A stretch of 64,000 nucleotides of DNA from Chthoniobacterales bacterium (GCA_044236545.1 JBIIGI010000003.1:7709-71708); one strand, 5' to 3'. Positions 36,892 to 45,241 are shown, counted from the stretch's first letter. The notes: generated from the sequence alone by a model not told the origin. Made by a program: numbers and translations.

Positions 36892-37914
36892 TCAGAAAGG
36901 ATCTGGTGGTGGAGTGACACGAGACAGTGCCGCCTCCGAATCTTTGATGTTCAGGCGAGAGTAAATTTTGTGCACATCATCAGATGAGTGATTTACCAAC
37001 TGCATTGCCTCCAATGCAGTCAATCCCGCCCTGTGGCATCTAGTTATAAAGCTGACTCGGCATGAGTGTGAGGTGGCTTCGCAAACAGATTTCAAGACCT
37101 CATTGAATCTCTGATTGGATGACTTCTTGAACTCAGGAACGGAGTATCCCTCCTCCCATTTGAGACCTTGGAGGTACTCCACAAATCGTTCCTTCATTGG
37201 CACTGTGTAGAGTTTGCGAGGATCGTTTGCCTTCCTTTTGCTGTCCTCGATCTGGATAGTCTTGTTTACAAAGTCCACACGAGATTTGTGGATTCGTGCC
37301 TCATTGAAGCGACAACCCAAGTTGATCAAGATCTCAAAGACTGTACCCATCCATTCGTCCTTGGATTTTAGTGTTTCACGGATTTTTTGAATTTCATCAG
37401 AGGTAAGCTCTTTTTTTTGCTTTGCTGGCACAATAGGGAAACGAGCAAGGCTGATAACGTTCTTATCCAAGAACTCCCTTGCACAAGCCTCCCTCAAAAT
37501 GCCTTTGAAAAAGCCGATCTCAAGTCGTGCTGTGTTGTGTTTGACCTGCTGCTTTCTCCATTCAACGTACTCCATGACATGCTGGTACTTGAACTCCCTT
37601 GGGTGACGTATTTTTTTACCTTTCAACCACCCAGCGATGGTATCCCAAGCGATCTGGTAACGTTCTAGGGATCTAGGATTCTTGTAGTGGGATTGAAGGT
37701 GCATTGGTACCCATGCTGAGAAGTCACCACCATTTTGTGGGGAGACCGCTTGCTCTGCGGCGGTGCGTTTGGCGCATTCCTTGTGGGCTTTGATGGTGTC
37801 TTGATCGTTATCATGCCTCAATTTCAGGCACTCATCCTTCCAAATGCCCGTCTCCAAATCCCGGAAGCGAATATACCAGTATGGGGACCTTTTGACTTTT
37901 TTAAGCGATGCCAT
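36892..37914 (-). CDS. int: Tyrosine recombinase / phage-type integrase
   Basis: Start MASLKKVKRSPYWYIRF (typical integrase N-terminus). Catalytic elements GCRFNEA (Arg), HSCRVSF (HxxR) and VHKIYSR (Tyr). Confidence 0.85.
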   Translation of the reverse strand: MASLKKVKRSPYWYIRFRDLETGIWKDECLKLRHDNDQDTIKAHKECAKRTAAEQAVSPQNGGDFSAWVPMHLQSHYKNPRSLERYQIAWDTIAGWLKGKKIRHPREFKYQHVMEYVEWRKQQVKHNTARLEIGFFKGILREACAREFLDKNVISLARFPIVPAKQKKELTSDEIQKIRETLKSKDEWMGTVFEILINLGCRFNEARIHKSRVDFVNKTIQIEDSKRKANDPRKLYTVPMKERFVEYLQGLKWEEGYSVPEFKKSSNQRFNEVLKSVCEATSHSCRVSFITRCHRAGLTALEAMQLVNHSSDDVHKIYSRLNIKDSEAALSRVTPPPDPF

Positions 37915-38158
37915 GATCAGCCCCCCCAGAGATTGATGCCATGAATTGCCGAACCCAACGGACGGTAGTTTTTCGCCCAATGAACCTGCATCCACGCCTT
38001 TTCCAAAAATTGATCGTTTCCTTTCGAACTCCGATGATGTCGGCAATGTTCTGGGGGAATTCGAGTCGATCCAAGTCCCAAGCAAGCTTCTGATTGGGAT
38101 TTTGAACAATGAAGCCCTGATCATCCAAACCTTTAGATATTCTTATCAGATTATTCAT
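37901..38158 (-). CDS. Excisionase/AlpA-like helix-turn-helix protein
   Basis: 85 aa, overlaps the int start by 14 nt. HTH-like segment NIADIIGVRKETINFWKRRG. Confidence 0.5.
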   Translation of the reverse strand: MNNLIRISKGLDDQGFIVQNPNQKLAWDLDRLEFPQNIADIIGVRKETINFWKRRGCRFIGRKTTVRWVRQFMASISGGADHGIA

Positions 38159-38165
38159 GGCTATC

Positions 38166-38178
38166 TCTATTTAAATAG
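38166..38178. promoter_or_regulatory. Palindromic candidate operator TCTATTTAAATAG just upstream of the xis-like start
   Basis: The same 13-mer recurs at 41442-41454, upstream of the other leftward operon. Confidence 0.4.
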
Positions 38179-38829
38179 CCCTAACTAGTTTTCCTTGTTT
38201 AATAACAAGAATCCGTAAGATATAAAAGCAATGGGATCTTTTAATACCTTCTCTGTGGAATTTGATTAACTGCGCTTCTCGATTCATGATGGCTGAATCA
38301 TAGCAATTATTTCCGGTAAAGCCGAGACTATAGTTCAATAAACAAGACCCATCAGTGTAATTTTCTTATTTCAATTAGGATTTAATCGTACAGGACGATT
38401 CTTATTGACTTTACCAGAAATCTCTTATAGCATAGCGACACTGATTGCTCATCCATGAGCGATTGGCTACATACCTAAAAACACCCAGATTCGAGGGAAA
38501 AGTTGCTATTTTAACGATAAAAGTAGTCGTTTTAAGCGATTTTCTGAGATCCTAGAGGTGGGTTTACTCTGAAGGATATTCTAATCTTACGGAATAAAGA
38601 CCACCGGGCGTGATTGGGCTTTGTATTAGACTCAAGTTCACTCTCCCAATCACAAAAATTATTGAAATGAACAAGCCAGTTGTAAGTAAGACTGTTATAC
38701 ACGGAATCAGGCAACTCACTTGCAGAACCTAATGAAATGTATTTCTCACATACCTAAAACGCAGCTATAGGCTGTAGTCTACAGTATTGATAATATATAA
38801 AACACTTCAATCATGATATAATATTCAAA

Positions 38830-39657
38830 ATGAAACCTTCTGTAGACATACTTGATCACATTCATCGCAATAAGGATATTATATCCATCTGTGATGGAGT
38901 CCCAATTTACCAAGTAGGGAGGTATCTCTATTATGGTCAAGATCGGGTGACTTCAGAGTTCATCTCTTTTATCAAGATTCCTTTCTCTTATGTCTCTCAT
39001 ATCAGATTTAATCCCAAGAGGTACTTAAACTCTAATTCTAGAAGGCTTAGAAGTGCATTTGTAAATCTTCTGCTTAAAGAGATAAACGCATACATAATAG
39101 GATCTTATCCCAAAATTATTTCTGGGAAACGTACCATTAGATGTATTTTAAAGACCGAGTATGGATCAATTGATGATCAGGCTCATGTCCACATCCTTTG
39201 GCTGATTGATGAAAGAGTCAGAGATCTGGTGTCTGAAGCTGTCTTTGAGTTTTTTTCCAATCATATGGATAAGACTTCCGGACCGATACAGTCGATTGTC
39301 ACCCAACCGATTCAGAATGTAGGCGAACAAATCTCATATTTCTGTAAAGTTCAAGGAACAAGAGATCCTGATTATCAGTACTTTAATGGGTTTAAGAGGA
39401 TCTTGAAAAAGTATCAAACCAGTGCTGCCGTATCGCTCCCCGATCATCTAGCATACCAAAACCAATGTCATTCTTTACCAGCTTTCCTTCAAAGGACTGT
39501 TCTACTCCCAGGGATTACCAGCGGCTTTTCAAAACCAAAGACATCCCATTCTTGGGACTTCTCCTTTCAAAGCCCTGTTCTGAGAATGTTCATGAGACCT
39601 TCGATTCCCCTTTGGGATACTACTCTTACAGCTTCGAGAAACCAGCTGACGGAATGA
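38830..39657 (+). CDS. Hypothetical protein with HUH-like (HVHILW) and YxxK-like (YFCK) motifs; possible HUH endonuclease/Rep
   Basis: 275 aa, island-like composition. QAHVHILWLID is followed about 50 aa later by EQISYFCKVQG. No other family signature recognised. Confidence 0.5.
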   Translation: MKPSVDILDHIHRNKDIISICDGVPIYQVGRYLYYGQDRVTSEFISFIKIPFSYVSHIRFNPKRYLNSNSRRLRSAFVNLLLKEINAYIIGSYPKIISGKRTIRCILKTEYGSIDDQAHVHILWLIDERVRDLVSEAVFEFFSNHMDKTSGPIQSIVTQPIQNVGEQISYFCKVQGTRDPDYQYFNGFKRILKKYQTSAAVSLPDHLAYQNQCHSLPAFLQRTVLLPGITSGFSKPKTSHSWDFSFQSPVLRMFMRPSIPLWDTTLTASRNQLTE

Positions 39658-40109
39658 AGATTACCTCTCAGATCAGTCAGAAGACTCTGAGGAGGCTCTT
39701 CAGAGAGAAGTTCTTCGGATTTAGAGAGGCTTTAACCCAAACAGGCATCGGAAACTGTGGGTACGAACTGAGGATCAAGGAACGCCCTTTACGCCTTCCA
39801 AATTCTCGGATGGGTAAAGACCTAGAAAGGTTCGGAAAAACGATTGTACGCCCATTTACGGCGCAGGAAGACCCATTCCTGATGAAGCTCAAGGACGTTC
39901 CCCTGTACTCATGGCTTGATGACAGTGAAGAAGAGCGTGTGAACCTGCCTTTCTGCCCCTTAGATGGTCCTGGAATATCCCTTCTTAAAGCATCCATACG
40001 CACACCAAGAACCCATTGGAACGGATGCGGAAGGGAATGGGGATTCAGGATTTGCGGTGACTGCCTTGGAGTTCTTGGATCCCTTCCTGTCTATTTGAAG
40101 CAATCCTGA
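39654..40109 (+). CDS. Hypothetical protein, Cys/His-rich C-terminus (possible zinc ribbon)
   Basis: ATG 39654 overlaps the upstream stop (ATGA). C-terminal FCPLDG...HWNGCGREWGFRICGDC. Confidence 0.5.
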   Translation: MKITSQISQKTLRRLFREKFFGFREALTQTGIGNCGYELRIKERPLRLPNSRMGKDLERFGKTIVRPFTAQEDPFLMKLKDVPLYSWLDDSEEERVNLPFCPLDGPGISLLKASIRTPRTHWNGCGREWGFRICGDCLGVLGSLPVYLKQS

Positions 40110-40624
40110 AAAGCCTTCTCTTCTTGGGAGTCGAGTAGAAGTCCGTATTCCCTGAGATTTTCCAAGGGCCAACGCTGACCTGCAATTTTCTCCACAGGAA
40201 TATACTCGTTCATCAGTTCTGCAATCTGGTAGTAATCGGTCACAAAAGTTGGCTCATGGATCTGATTCTGTCCTCTGCGAGTTGCCTTGTCTTCAAGAGC
40301 AGCCCAATCAGTCTCTTTGAGCTTCGTAGGTGAATCCAACTGAACCCAGCTAAGTGGACGCACCTTTCTTTCGTCTGCCATCAGGAGCAACAGAAGGCTT
40401 CCATCGAACAATGAGGTTCTGGCATGGACTGAGAGAACGGTCTTGGAAGATCTGTTCATCAACATATCCCACACCATCAGGATCGAATTCGGTTTTTGAT
40501 GTCCGAGCCCAATCAAATCAATCTCTAAACGATCTGGTTGCTCCTCCAGAGCCTTTAACACCTTTTCGTAGAGTTCTTTAACTCCATCATCAGCAAGGTT
40601 TAAGACCAAACGGTAAGTCTTCAT
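40091..40624 (-). CDS. Hypothetical protein, degenerate ClpP/S14-like fold (tentative)
   Basis: 177 aa. IDLIGLGHQKPNSILMVWDMLMNRSSKTVLSVHARTSLFDGSLLLLLMADERKVRP aligns by eye with ClpP IYLYINSPGG...GQAASMGAFLL..G..GKR. The C-terminal LREYGLLLD resembles ClpP A.EYGL.D. The catalytic His position is not conserved. Confidence 0.45.
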   Translation of the reverse strand: MKTYRLVLNLADDGVKELYEKVLKALEEQPDRLEIDLIGLGHQKPNSILMVWDMLMNRSSKTVLSVHARTSLFDGSLLLLLMADERKVRPLSWVQLDSPTKLKETDWAALEDKATRRGQNQIHEPTFVTDYYQIAELMNEYIPVEKIAGQRWPLENLREYGLLLDSQEEKAFQDCFK

Positions 40625-40875
40625 TGGATGGGCTTATCCAAAAGTCGATTCACGTTCAAAAACTCTACCAAGGCATCAAACAATAAGTCGGGAATCACAT
40701 CTGAATCGACATCGACTTCAAAGTACTGCTCAAAGGCTTCAACTTCAGAGATTGTTGCCTCTACCTCGAAGGTTTGGGACTCGTTTTCAAAGAAGCAGAC
40801 TTCAGGACATCCATTGGAACGAGCATCATCAGTGTAAAGGAGTTTCCCAGCCTCCTTGGTGGTGAATTTGATCAT
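40621..40875 (-). CDS. Small, strongly acidic hypothetical protein
   Basis: 84 aa with 19 Asp/Glu against 6 Lys/Arg by my count. ATGA-type 4-nt overlap with the downstream gene. Confidence 0.5.
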   Translation of the reverse strand: MIKFTTKEAGKLLYTDDARSNGCPEVCFFENESQTFEVEATISEVEAFEQYFEVDVDSDVIPDLLFDALVEFLNVNRLLDKPIQ

Positions 40876-40880
40876 CAGGG

Positions 40881-41366
40881 TTATCCCTTGAGGGAATACT
40901 GAGTGGTTTTCTTGCTACCCGTGATCTCAAGGAAGTCTTTGCAGTTTTTCTGGAAGGCTATGAACCTCGGGCGAGAGATATCCAAAGCGGCAAAAATCTC
41001 TTTGCTTCCTGCCTTCCTGCCACCAGCTAGCAATGTCGAAAGCTTCTGTTTCAACACCTCATCAGTAACAGTGGGATGGAATTTACGGATGCCCCGATGT
41101 TTGGATGCGGTCGGAGTGCTTTCCACAGTGTGACCAAGCTCTTTTAACTTATCATGTATCTCCTTTAACTCTGCTTTGAGTTTAACCTGAAGACCTTCGA
41201 TCTGTTGATTATACTGGGTCTTGATATGATTTTCTCTGATCAAAAGCTGTTCAATTGCCTTCTGCTTCATCTGCTTAAACTCATCAAAGAAGTTTTTATC
41301 CAAATTAGAGTCAGGGGATTTAATATCAGAAGTCTTTGGCTCAGAAGACTTGAATGGATTAATCAT
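40881..41366 (-). CDS. Hypothetical coiled-coil protein with a possible C-terminal winged-helix
   Basis: 161 aa. The central region (KQMKQKAIEQLLIRENHIKTQYNQQIEGLQVKLKAELKEIHDKLKEL) has heptad-like character. First gene of a three-gene leftward operon. Confidence 0.5.
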   Translation of the reverse strand: MINPFKSSEPKTSDIKSPDSNLDKNFFDEFKQMKQKAIEQLLIRENHIKTQYNQQIEGLQVKLKAELKEIHDKLKELGHTVESTPTASKHRGIRKFHPTVTDEVLKQKLSTLLAGGRKAGSKEIFAALDISRPRFIAFQKNCKDFLEITGSKKTTQYSLKG

Positions 41367-41441
41367 TTGACCATTAAATCAAAAATAACTGGTAAACGCA
41401 AGAACGAAATTCAATATGAATGCTATTCAATAAAACGGCAA

Positions 41442-41455
41442 TCTATTTAAATAGA
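41442..41455. promoter_or_regulatory. Perfect 14-bp palindrome TCTATTTAAATAGA within a putative promoter of the 41366-40091 operon
   Basis: On the minus strand it lies between TTGAAA and TAGATT (16-nt spacer), about 75-88 nt upstream of the ATG at 41366. Confidence 0.4.
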
Positions 41456-41590
41456 GGTTATTTTCAAAATCCTGTTTTATTACAAGATTTGATATTATCC
41501 TTACCCATCTGTTAATTTTTCTTACTAGCAGGAGGCGATGACTGGTCGATGGTATTGCATATTCGATCTTACGGGTAAGTAACTACCGGC

Positions 41591-41866
41591 ATGAAAAGAA
41601 AGAAACGCAAACCGAACTCCCTATATGCAAATGCATCCCTAACCATCAGACTCCCGTACAGTGCAAAAGCTCTTATCCGAGACTTCTCAGAGACCAAGAA
41701 ACGCACACTAACCAAGACGGTCTTGGATGCTATCGACAGGTATCATCCACTCAGAGCCTTCCATGACAGGAAACTGGATGAGATGGCTAGAATTTGCGGA
41801 GAACTGCCTCCTGAAGTAGAAAAAGAGACCACTGCCCTATTTCCCTTCATGCTGGAGAGCGAGTAG
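41591..41866 (+). CDS. Hypothetical protein, possible ribbon-helix-helix DNA-binding protein
   Basis: 91 aa. SLTIRLPYSAKALIRDFSETKKRTLTKTVLDAI has the strand-helix-helix pattern of CopG/Arc-type proteins. Confidence 0.4.
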   Translation: MKRKKRKPNSLYANASLTIRLPYSAKALIRDFSETKKRTLTKTVLDAIDRYHPLRAFHDRKLDEMARICGELPPEVEKETTALFPFMLESE

Positions 41867-42019
41867 TCGATACAGGACACCTCAAGACTCGCTACAAAAT
41901 TCTTGGAGAGTGATATTCATGCAAGCGATTACATGATCTTTCTACACCAAACGGCTTTCAGTGCAATCACTACGTGCAGTCATGCTGCACCGTCTGATGA
42001 TTGTCATATGACTTGAGAG

Positions 42020-42577
42020 TCAAGCAGCCTTCGCCTTCAAATCCCTGTAAAACGTAGCTCTAGAAATTTTCAACGTCTGGCAAATCTGATTGATGCTCAT
42101 TTTGCCGTCCTTGTAGAGAGTGGATGCGCTGGCGATCCGATTCTCATTCACAGACTTGGGCCTCCCTCCCAGCCGCCCTCGTGCCCTGCTTGCCAATAGA
42201 CCTGCCTGTGTCCTTTCTCGAATGAGGCTTCTCTCGAATTCTGCCATTGCTCCAAATATTTGGAACACGAGCATCCCTGCCGAGTTTGTTGTGTCCACTG
42301 GCTGAGTCAGGCAACGAAATCCGATGCCTCTATCCTTGAGCGTGTTGATCGTCTCGATCAGGTCTCGAAGACTCCTTCCAACCCGATCCAACTTCCAACA
42401 AACGATCACATCACCACTTCGGGCAAACTCGATTGCTTCCCTCAATCCCTTTCGATCTGATTTCGCACCAGAGGCAATATCTTGGAATATGCGCTCACAC
42501 CCAGCCTTCTTCAGTTCATCCTCTTGTAAGTAAAGGAATTGATCCGAGCACGAAACTCTCATGTACCCAATGTTCAC
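42020..42577 (-). CDS. Serine recombinase (resolvase/invertase family)
   Basis: 185 aa. N-terminal IGYMRVSCSDQ (catalytic Ser), VCWKLDRVGRS, and a C-terminal HTH (SINQICQTLKISRATFYR). Confidence 0.9.
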   Translation of the reverse strand: MNIGYMRVSCSDQFLYLQEDELKKAGCERIFQDIASGAKSDRKGLREAIEFARSGDVIVCWKLDRVGRSLRDLIETINTLKDRGIGFRCLTQPVDTTNSAGMLVFQIFGAMAEFERSLIRERTQAGLLASRARGRLGGRPKSVNENRIASASTLYKDGKMSINQICQTLKISRATFYRDLKAKAA

Positions 42578-42744
42578 TTGGGAAGATTACCAAGAATATC
42601 TCATAAAGTCAACTAAAAAACATAAAATGAGACATAGAAATATGAGACGAGTTTATGAATCATATTTTATGCGTTTCTAGAGTATCAACAGAAAAAATCT
42701 CTTTGAATCATCAAGGCTACGTTTTTTGAGACAGTTCAAGGCAG

Positions 42745-42781
42745 AAAAAAACCCATCCCCAGTATAAGAGGATGGGTTTTT
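42745..42781. terminator. Bidirectional rho-independent terminator
   Basis: aaaaaaa-cccatcc-(11 nt)-ggatggg-ttttt. Lies immediately downstream of the 62-aa gene on the minus strand. Confidence 0.65.
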
Positions 42782-42799
42782 GAGAAGTTATCTTTTAGA

Positions 42800-42988
42800 T
42801 TACCTTTGATACTTGAACTCACCATCGGAACCATACGTTATGGATGCGCCAACGCTGTCCTTAACCGTAACAGTTGAAGATGTGTATCCGATCAACTCTG
42901 TTCCATCCTTTTGAAACTTATAATTTCCATTTTCATCATAAACAATCACTGAATTCCCATCTTGCTTTGCAGATCCTATTGCGCTCAT
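42800..42988 (-). CDS. Small hypothetical protein (62 aa, beta-rich)
   Basis: Followed by a strong terminator and divergent from the XRE gene. No family recognised. Confidence 0.45.
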   Translation of the reverse strand: MSAIGSAKQDGNSVIVYDENGNYKFQKDGTELIGYTSSTVTVKDSVGASITYGSDGEFKYQR

Positions 42989-43158
42989 GTAGTTATTATG
43001 TTAGTTTTGCTCTAGTGTTTTAAAAGCAAGTAGTTACCTTGCCTTTAATTGGATGTATGTCAATTTCTTGACCACGCAATCGTAATGCATGGCAAGAGCC
43101 ACGCAAGCAAGAATATCCCGAAAATCGGATAATCCTGTTTCTGGGTTAATTCTAGCCC

Positions 43159-43416
43159 TTGAAAAAGCGGCTATCTAAATCCCTCTACTCAGACCGCTGG
43201 GAGCAGTTGCTCAAAATCCTGAAACGCCTTCGTGTTGAAAAAGGGCTGACTCAAGTGCAGCTTGCAGCCCAGCTTGATCGCCCACAGTCGCTCATTGCCA
43301 AGATTGAATCTGGAGAGCGCAAGTTGGATGTCTGTCAGTTCCTCGACTACTTGGAAGCTCTGGACGCAAGCGCAGAGGAAGTAGTTCGAGAGATTGAGCA
43401 GACTGTGAAGGAGTGA
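43159..43416 (+). CDS. XRE-family helix-turn-helix transcriptional regulator
   Basis: LRVEKGLTQVQLAAQLDRPQSLIAKIESGERKLDV is a canonical HTH_3/XRE motif. The track start is a TTG codon. Confidence 0.7.
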   Translation: MKKRLSKSLYSDRWEQLLKILKRLRVEKGLTQVQLAAQLDRPQSLIAKIESGERKLDVCQFLDYLEALDASAEEVVREIEQTVKE

Positions 43417-43426
43417 AGAGCGATCC

Positions 43427-44272
43427 CTAAAAATCAAGGAACCACTGCTCATCAACCATCACTTCTTGAACAACTCTCTCCTTCACGGAAATGCCTAGTC
43501 GAAAGTCTTTGAGCATCTGAACCAATTCACTCCCATCAATCAGATCCAGTGGAGTAGCCCCGTCCCGAAGTGCTTCTAACCTAGCTTCTCTGGTGAAGGT
43601 ACCTGTTGTGATAATGATCCCTTTATCAGCCCTGCCATCCATTGCTCCTCTGAAATCTCTAATCACAGCATTGGAGACACTTCCTTTGTACCGTTTGCAC
43701 TGGAAGAAGACGTGAAACGATAGGATTGCACCCATTTTCAAAATCCCCTTGCCATCAATACCTCCATCTCCAGAGCGTCCAGTAACTTCAACTTGAACGA
43801 AACCTGCCTCCCTGAGGACCCGTTGGCATAATCTCTCGAAAGCCTCTGGTTTGATATTCTTAACAGCCTCAAGAACTTCCGTTTCCCATTTTCTACCATC
43901 ACCATTGATATCGGTCTTTGGCTGCTCAGGTTTTTTGGCATTTTTACGGAGGGCATAGCTTTCAGACCTGTTTTTCCGTTTAACCTCATCCTTGTTAACC
44001 TGCTTGGTCTTTTGACCTTCAGAGGTCAAAGCCCATACTCCTCTCGCGGAATTCTCAATCAACCCAAACTGTTTCAAGTAGGATCTTGCCCAAGCAAGAT
44101 TGTACGAAAACTTTGGTCTATTGCCTTCGTGGATTACCTCCAGATCTTTGTCTGTCAACTTGAGGTCAGCGGCAACTTTCTCTTCAAGCTCTGATATGCT
44201 GGCTGAACCACCAAGAGCGTGAAGTGCCTTTAAAAGCGGGTTGATGAGTTCGTCATATTTTGGAACAGCCAT
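43427..44272 (-). CDS. mrr: Mrr-type restriction endonuclease (Mrr_N winged helix + Mrr catalytic domain)
   Basis: N-terminal PKYDELINPLLKALHALGGSASISELEEKV and catalytic region GRSGDGGIDGKG...FQCKRY. Confidence 0.85.
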   Translation of the reverse strand: MAVPKYDELINPLLKALHALGGSASISELEEKVAADLKLTDKDLEVIHEGNRPKFSYNLAWARSYLKQFGLIENSARGVWALTSEGQKTKQVNKDEVKRKNRSESYALRKNAKKPEQPKTDINGDGRKWETEVLEAVKNIKPEAFERLCQRVLREAGFVQVEVTGRSGDGGIDGKGILKMGAILSFHVFFQCKRYKGSVSNAVIRDFRGAMDGRADKGIIITTGTFTREARLEALRDGATPLDLIDGSELVQMLKDFRLGISVKERVVQEVMVDEQWFLDF

Positions 44273-44392
44273 AAATCATTCAATAATGGGCGATGGTGAA
44301 AACTCTGGTGATACGGAGTTCTGAAGGATGATGCTAGGCAATGCAACCTTCTTATCTTGATGGATCATCAGGAAAGGCAGCATTCTGTGGAT

Positions 44393-45241
44393 ATGGCTAC
44401 TTGGATCTTTCAAGGGAATCCCAATCTTTTTGATATAGATGACTACCTCACGAGATACCAACAGTTGGTGTACTGGAGAACTCCCACCCAGAGAAATTCG
44501 ATTGCCCTTGGTGATCGTGCCTTCATGTGGAGGTCAGGCGATTCCAGCGGAATTGTTGCTTCGGGCGTTGTCGTAGAGCTTCCTGCCATTGAATCACAAC
44601 TCAAGCATCCTGAAGCTTTAGGAGCCGATCTCTGGATTGCAGATGAGTTGGCAGCAAGAAGGACAGATCCAAACGCTCCCAAGGTGGGAATATCTCTGGA
44701 TTCTGTTCGTTTGAACGAAGAGGAAGGGATGATCTCTCGCTCTCTTGTCAAAGAAGACCCAATTCTTTCTCAGAACACGATCATCAGGCAGCCAAACGCT
44801 ACGGTCTTTTCCGTTACTACAGATCAGGCATCAAGACTTGAAGAGGTGTGGGGAGGCTCGGTGGCGAAACTCAACGAGTCCTTTGAAACGTCAGCGATAG
44901 AAGGTGATAAAAAGGTCTACTCCCATCGAAAGAGGGAGAGATCCAGATTCCTTGTCGGAAAGAAATTGGAACAGGCAAGAAGGGCAGGTGCAATTCGGTG
45001 TGAAGTCTGCCAAATCACCGAGGAAGGTGTGTATCCACAGCCTTTTGCAGCACGGATTTTTGAGGTTCATCACTTGATGCCTCTTTCTCAGGTCGAAACT
45101 CCAAGGATGACCACTCTCGATGACCTTGCGGTGGTGTGCGCAAACTGCCACAGAGCAATCCATGCCACGACTCAGGTGGAGGAAAACTTTCTGGCGCTGA
45201 AGCGATCTTTTGGGAAAAGCAATCTCACGGAATCAGGTTGA
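44393..45241 (+). CDS. Putative PUA/EVE-like domain fused to an HNH endonuclease
   Basis: The N-terminus WIFQGNPNLFDIDDYL...ALGDRAFMWRSGDSSGIVASGVVVE looks EVE/PUA-like by eye. C-terminal HNH: CEVCQ...FEVHHLMPLS...CANCHRAIH. Alternative start at 44357/44360. Confidence 0.65.
   Translation: MATWIFQGNPNLFDIDDYLTRYQQLVYWRTPTQRNSIALGDRAFMWRSGDSSGIVASGVVVELPAIESQLKHPEALGADLWIADELAARRTDPNAPKVGISLDSVRLNEEEGMISRSLVKEDPILSQNTIIRQPNATVFSVTTDQASRLEEVWGGSVAKLNESFETSAIEGDKKVYSHRKRERSRFLVGKKLEQARRAGAIRCEVCQITEEGVYPQPFAARIFEVHHLMPLSQVETPRMTTLDDLAVVCANCHRAIHATTQVEENFLALKRSFGKSNLTESG

Noticed and set aside
36767-36964. 65-aa + strand ORF at the left end of the island
   Set aside because: It spans the integrase terminator hairpin and the 3' end of int on the opposite strand. 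It is most likely spurious.
38532-38714. 60-aa minus-strand ORF in the island's non-coding tract
   Set aside because: It has no start context, no recognisable features and an odd composition. It is likely a random ORF in AT-rich DNA.
41897-42600. 8-bp inverted match attcttgg flanking the serine recombinase gene, as a hix-like invertible segment
   Set aside because: An 8-mer match in about 9 kb of AT-rich DNA is near chance expectation, and the flanking bases do not extend the similarity.
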